Assembly (NCBI GenBank): GCA_034722435.1
Contig: JAYENX010000024.1
Location: forward strand, 17,494-41,493
DNA length: 24,000 nucleotides
Origin: Nanobdellota archaeon
GTDB lineage: Archaea; Nanobdellota; Nanobdellia; Woesearchaeales; JAHWHD01
Direction of reading: 5' to 3'
Made by a program: the position numbers and the translations under genes. Shown one piece after another: positions 13,876-20,303 of this stretch. The notes under the pieces are model-generated. The model was not told the origin of the DNA, ran no database searches, and worked only from the letters and a program-made list of their open reading frames with translations. Every line of letters begins with the position of its first letter. Position 1 is the stretch's first letter.

Positions 13876-14445
13876 ATGAAAGGTATCATGTTTTTTGGAA
13901 AAATATTTGCGAGTAAGCTGCCTTTACTCAAAGTTGTGTTTATTCCTGCTATTGCGTGGGGAATTGTTATTATTGGTGTTCTAAACACATTATCTAAGAA
14001 GGGTTTTGGCGAAGCGATGATTGAGCTTGTTCAAAAATCATTAGCTTCCGAGTACACAATAAATCAAAATGTCACTCTTGCGATACAAAATCCTGAATTA
14101 TTTGGATTTATGCATTTTTTGGAAATTGTTTCTGCTGTCCTTATATTTTACTATCTAGTGAAGTGGATTACAAAAGCACAAATTGGTGATACTGGTGCAC
14201 AAGCATGGATGGGAGCTGCTCGATGGTCCATCTTAATTGTCATAATACTTGAAATAGCTGTAATATCAGTTACTAATCTAGATTTACAATTCTGGAATTA
14301 TTTTATTCCAATAAAAGATTCATTCTGGTATTTACTTATGAATTTCTATCATGTTGTTGATGCAACACCTATACTAACTTTTTTTGCGTCAAGTCCAAAT
14401 GTTGCTGAGATAAATCAATCAATTAATTTTACTGATTCTTTCTAA
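13876..14445 (+). CDS. Polytopic membrane protein, 189 aa, unknown function
   Basis: This is the only long ORF in this interval on either strand. It has four to five hydrophobic segments and is divergent from the structural operon. Confidence 0.8.
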   Translation: MKGIMFFGKIFASKLPLLKVVFIPAIAWGIVIIGVLNTLSKKGFGEAMIELVQKSLASEYTINQNVTLAIQNPELFGFMHFLEIVSAVLIFYYLVKWITKAQIGDTGAQAWMGAARWSILIVIILEIAVISVTNLDLQFWNYFIPIKDSFWYLLMNFYHVVDATPILTFFASSPNVAEINQSINFTDSF

Positions 14446-14514
14446 TATCCATCTTACTACTGCTTTCATCACTTCCTTTCTAATTAATCAACCAAATCTA
14501 GGCATGATTCAAAA

Positions 14515-14778
14515 TTATTTTAATAGTTCCAATGGTGTATTTTCTATTTGTATTTTTGCAAGTTTTGTCTCAATTTCTTCTTTTATTTTATCCCCTAGAC
14601 TTTGCATTCCTGCTAATTTTGTCATACACTTTTTACATAATCCCCATGATTTTAATGCTCTTTGACTGTATCCTCCTTTTTCTGGATATTTTGACACTAC
14701 CATTCGCCCAACACATCGTGACACTTTCTTTCCACACATATCACAAAATTTTATATCGCAACCGATTACTCTTCCCAT
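14515..14778 (-). CDS. Small zinc-ribbon protein, 87 aa
   Basis: CDMCGKK...GLCKKCMTK gives two CxxC pairs ~33 residues apart. It starts with ATG and has a basic composition. Confidence 0.7.
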   Translation of the reverse strand: MGRVIGCDIKFCDMCGKKVSRCVGRMVVSKYPEKGGYSQRALKSWGLCKKCMTKLAGMQSLGDKIKEEIETKLAKIQIENTPLELLK

Positions 14779-14781
14779 CTT

Positions 14782-14997
14782 CTACGACACATCCATAATT
14801 TTGAGAATCTCTTTTGTTGCTCCAATTATTACCCAGTCTCTAAATTCCATTTTAATATCAAGATGATTTCTATTTAACCAATTTTGATACTCTTTATTGT
14901 TATAAGATGGATTAATATTTGATTTTAAGTTATTCATAATAACCTTTACTCTAAATATTTTCTCTTTGTGAGTTAAACTTTTTATTCTAAGTTTCAT
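14782..14997 (-). CDS. Small hypothetical protein (71 aa from internal ATG; MKLRIKSLTHKEK...)
   Basis: I trimmed the track ORF 14782..15120 to the ATG at 14997, which overlaps the upstream TAA by 1 nt (TAATG). The N-terminus MKLRIKxLxH is shared with the 46-aa ORF at 15481..15621. Confidence 0.55.
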   Translation of the reverse strand: MKLRIKSLTHKEKIFRVKVIMNNLKSNINPSYNNKEYQNWLNRNHLDIKMEFRDWVIIGATKEILKIMDVS

Positions 14998-15293
14998 TAT
15001 TGATACACCCTTGTTATTTCTTCTAATTTCTCTAAAATTATCTTTCCACATTGTGAACATTTGAATACTTGAAATATAGTTCCAGTATTCTCTCTTGCGA
15101 AAACACCAATACTTGCCCAACAGTGCCTATTATGATAATCTCTTATACAGTATGTTTTTGTTTCAACTTTCTTTTTAGTGGAGGACATTTTTAATCGATT
15201 TCTCCTAATATTGTTGATATTCCACGAAGTTTTAAATTTCACGATGAGTTTCTCCACGATTTCAAAAATTCTAATTCGGTCATCTTTTATCAC
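14997..15293 (-). CDS. Small Cys/His zinc-finger-like protein, 98 aa
   Basis: The motif is YCIRDYHNRHC...FKCSQCGK. The track start is a GTG that forms a GTGA overlap with the upstream stop, and the first in-frame ATG is at codon 36, so the start is uncertain. Confidence 0.6.
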   Translation of the reverse strand: MIKDDRIRIFEIVEKLIVKFKTSWNINNIRRNRLKMSSTKKKVETKTYCIRDYHNRHCWASIGVFARENTGTIFQVFKCSQCGKIILEKLEEITRVYQ

Positions 15294-15481
15294 TTCTTTA
15301 ATTTTTTAAGTAGTTGTATTAATATTTCTTCTGGGTCACGTTCTGCATTTTTACAAAATTTAAGAACACTTTCAATAGAAACCCATCTATGTGATAGATA
15401 TTTTTTATATTCTTCAACACCATAAAGTGTAAGTTTATGATTTGCAACCGCAATTATTCCCTCTGTTCTTCCAGTTCTCAT
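15290..15481 (-). CDS. Small hypothetical protein (63 aa, MRTGRTEGIIAVANHK...)
   Basis: I moved the start from the track GTG (15493) to the ATG at 15481. That ATG has GGAGG 5 nt upstream and overlaps the TGA of the preceding small ORF (TGATG). Confidence 0.6.
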   Translation of the reverse strand: MRTGRTEGIIAVANHKLTLYGVEEYKKYLSHRWVSIESVLKFCKNAERDPEEILIQLLKKLKK

Positions 15482-15621
15482 CACTTCCTCCACCTTAACA
15501 GATTAAGCATTTTTATTGCTGATTCTTTTGTTTTGTGTTTACTAATAATTTCTAATGTGTCCTCATCAGTAATCATATAGCCGGATTTATCGTGACCTAA
15601 TTTTTTTATTCTAAGTTTCAT
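15481..15621 (-). CDS. Small hypothetical protein (46 aa, MKLRIKKLGHDKSGYMITDEDTLEIISKHKTKESAIKMLNLLRWRK)
   Basis: Manually translated codon by codon. GGTGACAATTG lies immediately upstream of the ATG and the stop overlaps the next ATG. Its first 10 codons match those of the ORF at 14997 at about 25/30 nt. Confidence 0.35.
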   Translation of the reverse strand: MKLRIKKLGHDKSGYMITDEDTLEIISKHKTKESAIKMLNLLRWRK

Positions 15622-15627
15622 CAATTG

Positions 15628-15747
15628 TCACCACACTGTTTTTACTTTTTCTGAAATCTTTTTATGTTTCTTACAATATATATTATTATATGCAACACAT
15701 CCACACATACAACATATCATTTTATAATTTGGAGTTTTTATCTTCAC
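15628..15747 (-). CDS. Tiny Cys-rich protein (39 aa from GTG, or 30 aa from the ATG at 15720): ...MICCMCGCVAYNNIYCKKHKKISEKVKTVW
   Basis: The GTG at 15747 is preceded by the same GGTGACAATTG context used by the next ORF. It has 5 Cys plus 1 His in 20 residues. The alternative model is listed under rejected items. Confidence 0.3.
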   Translation of the reverse strand: MKIKTPNYKMICCMCGCVAYNNIYCKKHKKISEKVKTVW

Positions 15748-15846
15748 CAATTGTCACCTCTTGAATATAAAGACCCCGAGCCATTAAAGGCTCAATTATT
15801 GTACAATTATAAAACATCAAAGTTTTAGGGTCTATTTTATGTTTCA

Positions 15847-16032
15847 TCATATCCGCCCCACATACTTAGGAGATTTGCCTTTATTTCCTATTTTATCGCC
15901 ATTATATAGCTTAATTAATCTGCTTATTACATCGTCGTAAGTTTCGCCCATTACTCCTATTTTCTTAATATCTTCTGTTGTCGAAATACGTAACTTTACT
16001 GATGTTCGTGATTCTTCGTTATTGGTAGCCAT
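15847..16032 (-). CDS. Ribbon-helix-helix (CopG/VapB-antitoxin-like) DNA-binding protein, 61 aa
   Basis: TSVKLRISTTEDIKKIGVMGETYDDVISRLIKLY fits the beta-strand, helix, G-E-[ST]-x-x-D-V-I-x-x-L-I pattern that I recall from small archaeal RHH/antitoxin-like proteins. No PIN-type toxin follows it. Confidence 0.7.
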   Translation of the reverse strand: MATNNEESRTSVKLRISTTEDIKKIGVMGETYDDVISRLIKLYNGDKIGNKGKSPKYVGRI

Positions 16033-16068
16033 AGTATACTTAATAGTATCGGTAGTATATATATATTT
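16032..16068 (-). promoter_or_regulatory. Promoter/operator of the RHH gene: (TA)n TATA-like run plus three direct TAGTAT(A) repeats
   Basis: On the plus strand, TAGTATA lies at 16032-16038, TAGTAT at 16044-16049 and TAGTATA at 16053-16059, merging into a tatatatatat run to ~16066. The TA run ends ~23 nt upstream of the ATG and there is no SD. Confidence 0.45.
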
Positions 16069-16106
16069 CGTTTATGAGGACTTTTTGGTGTTATTTCCTA
16101 CAAGAT

Positions 16107-16138
16107 AAAAAGAAAAAAATAGACTCATTTAAGAGTCT
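16107..16138 (-). terminator. Hairpin AGACTC-TTAAAT-GAGTCT containing the TGA stop, followed by T7 and T5 runs (minus strand)
   Basis: Read directly. The stem arms are at 16121-16126 and 16133-16138, and the A7/A5 runs on the plus strand are at 16113-16119 and 16107-16111. It ends the integrase plus 110-aa unit just before the RHH promoter. Confidence 0.5.
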
Positions 16139-16457
16139 CTAGAACTGATTTAAGCTTATTAAATCTTTTAATAGAATATTCTAGTATATCAATTAATACT
16201 GTATCACTTAGCTTTATATTAAGATATACTTGGGCTTCTCCATTTTTAGTTATTGCATTAGATGATATTTGGATTTCCCCGTCTTCAAAGTAATATTCTT
16301 CTCCTGAAAGATTTTCGCTCATTAATTGAAGCCATTTTTTATCTTTTTCATTAATATCATTTTCTATAGCTTCGTTTCTCATACTTTCAATGTGGTTTTT
16401 AGTGTCTAAAATAGTTATATTTACATAACTAGGTGCAGTTTCTTTGTCTACATTCAT
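16125..16457 (-). CDS. Hypothetical acidic protein, 110 aa
   Basis: Track ORF with a strong SD (AGGAGG 8 nt upstream of the ATG). It lies downstream of the integrase gene. Confidence 0.7.
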   Translation of the reverse strand: MNVDKETAPSYVNITILDTKNHIESMRNEAIENDINEKDKKWLQLMSENLSGEEYYFEDGEIQISSNAITKNGEAQVYLNIKLSDTVLIDILEYSIKRFNKLKSVLETLK

Positions 16458-16547
16458 TTTATTCCCTCCTGCCGATCTCTCAGCAAATATTCCGAAATCT
16501 CAGAATAAATATTAGTAGTGATACTTATTTATTAATGTTCGCCTTTC

Positions 16548-17465
16548 CTACATTTTCCCAATATCGTAATCTCCAAATTTACTATATGCTTTCATACCAC
16601 GATATGGAGACACCTCTATATAAATCTCTGATGTCTTAACACTTTCATGACCTAAATATGCACTAATTGAAAGTATATCCGCACCAGCATCAGCCATATG
16701 CGTAGCTTTTGTATGACGCATACAATGAGGTGAAACATCTCTTTGCAGTATCCTTTTTGTTGTTGTTTTAACTATTTCGTATAATCTGTGTCCTTTGTCA
16801 ACCCTTGCCTTTCCATCCCCTCTATTAAATTGAAAAAGACTAACATTTTTCGTTTGAATTTTACCTTCGTATATTTTATAGATTAATTTCCTCGATGTTT
16901 TGTTCAGATAAACCTCTCTAACTTTATTTCCCTTTCCAACAACTCTAATTTTGGCATATATTCCAGATTTAATTAGCTTCTTTTCTTCTGATTTTGTCCA
17001 TCTAATATCTTTAAATTTTATTCCTATCACTTCTGAACGTCTACATGCAGTATCATACAAAACACAAAATAATGCTTTCGTTTCTAAATCCTTTATCTTC
17101 TCAAACAAATCCCTCAATTCATCTCTACTCAATATTTTATTTTGCAACATTTTTCTTGATTTCAACGCATTTGTATACCTAGTTTTTGGTGGCTTTATGT
17201 GATCTATCAGGTCTGATTCATAATTATTTACAGTTTGAAGATACCATAGGTATGCCTTTATTGCAGAGTAGTGTATCATATTAGACTTTTTTCTAATTAG
17301 TTCATTGCAAACCAAAATTATCTCTTTTTTTGATTTACACATATGTATTTTCTCAATATCATTGTGCAAGAATCCAACGTATCTTTCTATTGTAGAAGGT
17401 GCGTATTTCTCGCCATCCGGCTTTTTAGCTTTCTGCATGAACTTTATGAAATTATTTATCTTCAC
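16548..17465 (-). CDS. int: Tyrosine recombinase / phage-type integrase (XerC/D-like), 305 aa, apparently intact
   Basis: The N-terminal core-binding-type region is YAPSTIERYVGFL...AIKAYLWYL. Catalytic motifs are in order: ACRRSEV (Arg), PHCMRHTKATH (HxxR), LGHESVKTSEIYIEV (His...Tyr nucleophile). The track start is a GTG at 17465, and an in-frame ATG lies at 17438. Confidence 0.95.
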   Translation of the reverse strand: MKINNFIKFMQKAKKPDGEKYAPSTIERYVGFLHNDIEKIHMCKSKKEIILVCNELIRKKSNMIHYSAIKAYLWYLQTVNNYESDLIDHIKPPKTRYTNALKSRKMLQNKILSRDELRDLFEKIKDLETKALFCVLYDTACRRSEVIGIKFKDIRWTKSEEKKLIKSGIYAKIRVVGKGNKVREVYLNKTSRKLIYKIYEGKIQTKNVSLFQFNRGDGKARVDKGHRLYEIVKTTTKRILQRDVSPHCMRHTKATHMADAGADILSISAYLGHESVKTSEIYIEVSPYRGMKAYSKFGDYDIGKM

Positions 17466-17601
17466 TCTTTTCTCACATCAGTTTATTGATTCACTTCATC
17501 CAAAATCTTTTATTCTTTTCTTTTGTTATTGACATTTTTACTGGCACACACCTATATTTTTCTTTTCCATTTCCATACAAATAGTTCGCATATTCGGTAT
17601 G

Positions 17602-17790
17602 TTACTTACAAGTACTCCTATCTGGGTACACTTTTCCATGTCCTGTTACATAAACATTTTCATCAATATTGAATTCGTTTTTTCTGAAGCGATCTTTAAA
17701 ATGCACTTCTGCAAATGCTTTAAATCTTCCACTACTGACATAAAATTCGGCTATTGCCCAACCAAGGATTTCTTTTTTATTATTTTTCAT
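17602..17790 (-). CDS. Small hypothetical protein, 62 aa
   Basis: Track ORF with an ATG start and a basic/aromatic composition. The plus-strand ORF 17599..17979 that covers it is F/I/L-rich antisense-type sequence. Confidence 0.55.
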   Translation of the reverse strand: MKNNKKEILGWAIAEFYVSSGRFKAFAEVHFKDRFRKNEFNIDENVYVTGHGKVYPDRSTCK

Positions 17791-17808
17791 AAAATTTTAG
17801 GCAGGATA

Positions 17809-17828
17809 CCCACTAATTTATTAGTGGG
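17809..17828. other. Perfect inverted repeat CCCACTAA-TTTA-TTAGTGGG (8-bp stem, 4-nt loop) overlapping a stop codon
   Basis: Read directly. It lies in the 30-nt gap between the 85-aa and 62-aa genes and contains the TAA at 17821-17823. Confidence 0.5.
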
Positions 17829-18078
17829 AGGAATGCCGTACCTCCTTCTTGTTTTTCTGCAAGAGGTCACATTGAGTAACCTCTGGTTTGTGTTTAGTAC
17901 CATAAGCACTCCATCTTGTAGGGCAGTTATCTTCTCCTTCATCAACCAAACCTCTTTCAAAAGAGATGTTTTTAACTGAACGACCTTCCCAATCAATCCT
18001 ATTATCAAAATCTTTAGGAGAATTAAAAAAATAAAATTTTGATTGATTACAATAATTTCTAAAACTTTCTAAACTCAC
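17821..18078 (-). CDS. Hypothetical protein, 85 aa
   Basis: Track ORF whose ATG overlaps the upstream stop by 4 nt (18075-18078). I preferred it over the alternative frame 17787..18008, which lacks such coupling. Confidence 0.6.
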   Translation of the reverse strand: MSLESFRNYCNQSKFYFFNSPKDFDNRIDWEGRSVKNISFERGLVDEGEDNCPTRWSAYGTKHKPEVTQCDLLQKNKKEVRHSSH

Positions 18079-18494
18079 TTTGACACCTCCAAAAGATTAT
18101 TTATTATCTCTCTTCGTGGTATCCATTCACACTGTCCACCTTCTCCACCATACAATTTAATAAAACATTCACAAGAACTTGTTTTCTCATCTTCATCAGT
18201 TGAAAAACCGATAATCTCTACTTTCTTATCTTGTATGTATGTTTTAGCAAACTTACCGCTGTAAAAATAAACTTCACCTTTTTTCTTTCCAAGATACTCT
18301 ATGATGTGGTCGTGACAATCATTACAATGACAATCAAATATACTTTTATTACTAAAACTACATTTATCACCAGACATCTTAATAGATTTCTTTCTACAAT
18401 CATTACATATTTCAATACCTTGATTACTTTTATCACCACATCTAAAAGCAGCGACATCGTCTTTATCTCTTATCCAATTACGACAATAATACAT
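18075..18494 (-). CDS. Cys/His-rich (zinc-binding type) protein, 139 aa
   Basis: It carries CNDC, CHCNDCHDH and further Cys, about 12 Cys in total. GGAGGT lies 7 nt upstream of the ATG. Confidence 0.75.
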   Translation of the reverse strand: MYYCRNWIRDKDDVAAFRCGDKSNQGIEICNDCRKKSIKMSGDKCSFSNKSIFDCHCNDCHDHIIEYLGKKKGEVYFYSGKFAKTYIQDKKVEIIGFSTDEDEKTSSCECFIKLYGGEGGQCEWIPRREIINNLLEVSK

Positions 18495-18495
18495 T

Positions 18496-18836
18496 TTAAT
18501 TACCTCCGAAGCTCGTTAGCTTCTGCTGACCTGTGAAGTTACCTATTTTCTGATTAGGACTTCCAAAAACAGAATATTCAAACACATCCTTGCCTTCTTG
18601 CTCGTTAATGTATCGTTTTACTGCTTCTTGCGATACATGACCTGCACTTCCACAATAATAACCTTTAGCCCATAAGTTAGGAAATCTTTTTCCAAAGTTC
18701 CAGAGTAAATAAGGTAAGTGTTTAAAACATCTTTAGGTTGCACGTTGAACGAACCACACATTAAACTTTTCTCTGTAAGGGAACAGTTTAAGTTAAGTGG
18801 TTTGTATGTGCTAACTGTTTTTTTTGTTTTTACCAT
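18496..18836 (-). pseudogene. Frame-disrupted gene whose 3' frame resembles the C-terminus of IS200/IS605-type Y1 transposase (TnpA); remnant, or expressed by -1 frameshifting
   Basis: Frame A (track ORF 18618..18836) has an ATG. Frame C (18496..18732) has no start but reads ...RFPNLWAKGYYCGSAGHVSQEAVKRYINEQEG. This matches my memory of the TnpA C-terminal LW..[SG]Y[FY]..[ST].G..s.E.v.kYI..Q segment that carries the catalytic Tyr. No HUH motif exists in any frame upstream. Confidence 0.45.
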
Positions 18837-18859
18837 TTTTTTCTTTTTGTTTTTGGAAA

Positions 18860-18879
18860 CTACCTACTTTAGTGGGTAG
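18860..18879. other. Imperfect inverted repeat CTACCTAC-TTTA-GTGGGTAG downstream of the wHTH gene stop
   Basis: Read directly. It has an 8-bp stem with one mismatch in the minus-sense RNA. It shares the octamer TTAGTGGG with the hairpin at 17809-17828. Confidence 0.35.
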
Positions 18880-18891
18880 AGCATATCATTT

Positions 18892-19140
18892 CTACCTCAC
18901 TCTCCAAATATTACTGTCTATTGATCCTCTGCCATCTTCTTGAATTTTATCTTTGTAGATTTCTTTATTTGATTCTAGTTTTTTTAACATACTTGAAACA
19001 CACACCCTTGCTGTTACCATATTACTGTAGCCAAATTCTTTAAAGAAGTGTTTTGATAGAGTAGCTTGTGATATTTTTCCCTTTCTTTGTATGTATTCCT
19101 TTATTTTTTTTGACTTGACTGAATTTCCATATATCTTCAT
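18892..19140 (-). CDS. Small winged-helix/HTH DNA-binding protein, 82 aa
   Basis: KIKEYIQRKGKISQATLSKHF...ARVCVSSMLKKLESNKEIYK fits an HTH plus wing pattern. It is the first gene of a unit, with a TATA-like box 26 nt upstream. Confidence 0.75.
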   Translation of the reverse strand: MKIYGNSVKSKKIKEYIQRKGKISQATLSKHFFKEFGYSNMVTARVCVSSMLKKLESNKEIYKDKIQEDGRGSIDSNIWRVR

Positions 19141-19166
19141 ATATTCAAATACATCACACTATGCAC

Positions 19167-19174
19167 TTATATAA
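19167..19174 (-). promoter_or_regulatory. TATA-like octamer TTATATAA, 26 nt upstream of the ATG at 19140
   Basis: No SD in the intervening sequence. A second CTTATATA copy lies at 19181-19188. Confidence 0.45.
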
Positions 19175-19188
19175 GTTTCGCTTATATA

Positions 19189-19419
19189 TTATGATTCAAT
19201 GTAACCAATCATAAATCCAAGTTCTCTGCTAGAAATAGAATCATTATCTCTTAATTTTTCTAATGCTTCTTCATTATAAAATGTATCTTTTGGTTTTAAA
19301 TCTCTCTCTATTTTCTTTTTCATTCTTTCAAATGGGTCTTTTTTTACAACCTTAAATGCTCTATCATTAATTTTTGCAAAAGTTACAAAGTTTTTTTTAT
19401 CTAATCTCTTTCTTATCAT
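19189..19419 (-). CDS. Small hypothetical basic protein, 76 aa
   Basis: Track ORF, apparently monocistronic. It lies between a TATA-like box (19444-19451) and the next promoter. Confidence 0.65.
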   Translation of the reverse strand: MIRKRLDKKNFVTFAKINDRAFKVVKKDPFERMKKKIERDLKPKDTFYNEEALEKLRDNDSISSRELGFMIGYIES

Positions 19420-19443
19420 ATTTAGATATTCTGTATTGCCGAA

Positions 19444-19451
19444 TTTATAAA
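19444..19451 (-). promoter_or_regulatory. TATA-like octamer TTTATAAA, 24 nt upstream of the ATG at 19419
   Basis: Read directly. No SD before the ATG. Confidence 0.45.
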
Positions 19452-19458
19452 TATTTTG

Positions 19459-19476
19459 AAAAATTAAAAAATGCAG
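19459..19476 (-). terminator. Oligo-T tract terminator candidate (T6 and T5 on the minus strand) right after the TAG at 19477-19479
   Basis: The minus strand reads TAG CTGCATTTTTTAATTTTTC. It ends the long 23256->19477 operon. Confidence 0.35.
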
Positions 19477-19830
19477 CTACTCAAAGAATAGCCACTTTAT
19501 TGTAACATATCCACCTACAGCCATTGTTATATATGGAACTACTGGCGCAATTATGTTTGGTATTATACCCCATCCAAGATTGATAATACCTGCACCCAAC
19601 ATCACAAAACCAAAAATTGCTGAAAAAGCACTCAAGAAATCGTTTTCTTCAATTTTCTTATTTAGTAATGTTTTCCATGAGACATCGACTAATAATAATA
19701 TCCCTGCTGTTATGAATAATGCTGACATTCCCCAATCTTGATATTTTGCATTTAGTATAGCTAATCCTGCTAATATTAATGCAACACCAAAACCTACCGG
19801 AATAATTTTCTTTTTCCACTTAATTTGCAT
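19477..19830 (-). CDS. Membrane protein, 117 aa (3-4 TM segments)
   Basis: Track ORF with hydrophobic segments separated by short polar loops. Confidence 0.75.
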   Translation of the reverse strand: MQIKWKKKIIPVGFGVALILAGLAILNAKYQDWGMSALFITAGILLLVDVSWKTLLNKKIEENDFLSAFSAIFGFVMLGAGIINLGWGIIPNIIAPVVPYITMAVGGYVTIKWLFFE

Positions 19831-20092
19831 TTTTTATGTCACCACTATTTGTATTTTCCCCCTGTAATTTTTGCGCATGAATTTTCTCTCTGAGTAGTCT
19901 CATATAAAGTATTTTTTCATCTTTACATAATCCATAAGGAACTTCTTGACCAATATATTGATATTGTCCATTTGTTCCATCTCTTATGTATAGTCTTCTG
20001 TTTGTATCAATCTTAATTCCCAATTGATCGTCTTCTAATGCAATTTGTCCGTCTTTTTCTTTTATTTCAAAATTGTAGTTGCTTACTTCCAT
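19820..20092 (-). CDS. Hypothetical soluble protein (90 aa from internal ATG; MEVSNYNFEIKEKDGQ...)
   Basis: The upstream part of the track ORF 19820..20302 overlaps, in another frame, the much more convincing 70-aa membrane ORF. I therefore trimmed it to the ATG at 20092, which gives a 10-nt overlap with the upstream stop. Confidence 0.5.
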   Translation of the reverse strand: MEVSNYNFEIKEKDGQIALEDDQLGIKIDTNRRLYIRDGTNGQYQYIGQEVPYGLCKDEKILYMRLLREKIHAQKLQGENTNSGDIKNAN

Positions 20093-20295
20093 TTCCAAAG
20101 CCAATTGTACACGAATCCAACTGCTATCAAACCCATGATGAATAATATAGGTCCAATTAATATTCTTGATGCAGGATAGCTTGAAGTTGCTAAATATCCT
20201 AATCCAATGAATATCGCCATGAGAACCCATGCCAATAATTGTCCAACCAATGCTTTTATTCCTGTAAGTAAATATCTTGCTATTTTTTTCATCAT
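20083..20295 (-). CDS. Small membrane protein, 70 aa (2 TM)
   Basis: It has clean hydrophobic helices and GGGTGA 4-5 nt upstream of ATGATG. Confidence 0.7.
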   Translation of the reverse strand: MMKKIARYLLTGIKALVGQLLAWVLMAIFIGLGYLATSSYPASRILIGPILFIMGLIAVGFVYNWLWKWK

Positions 20296-20303
20296 GCATC
20301 ACC

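Noticed and set aside
15722-15847. Alternative 41-aa ORF (MKHKIDPKTLMFYNCTIIEPLMARGLYIQEVTIGEDKNSKL) starting at a TGATG overlap with the RHH stop
   Set aside because: It is plausible, but it conflicts by 26 nt with the GTG-start model of the Cys-rich ORF and reads through a GAGCC-ATTAAA-GGCTC hairpin. I could not decide between the models, so only one was listed, at low confidence.
15847-16032. A toxin-antitoxin pair headed by the RHH protein
   Set aside because: No PIN, RelE, MazF or other toxin-sized ORF follows it. The downstream ORFs are 30-46 aa with no toxin motifs.
17529-17558. Near-consensus bacterial sigma70-type promoter on the plus strand (TTGACA, 18 nt, TATATT) pointing into 17599..17979
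   Set aside because: The downstream plus ORF is antisense-type junk, and such hexamers are common by chance in AT-rich DNA. It could drive an antisense RNA, but nothing else supports that.
18496-18890. An active IS200/IS605 insertion sequence
   Set aside because: Only the C-terminal ~45 residues resemble TnpA. No HUH motif or N-terminal beta-strand region exists in any frame, there is no tnpB, and the segment is far shorter than a functional element. It is treated as a remnant or recoded fragment.
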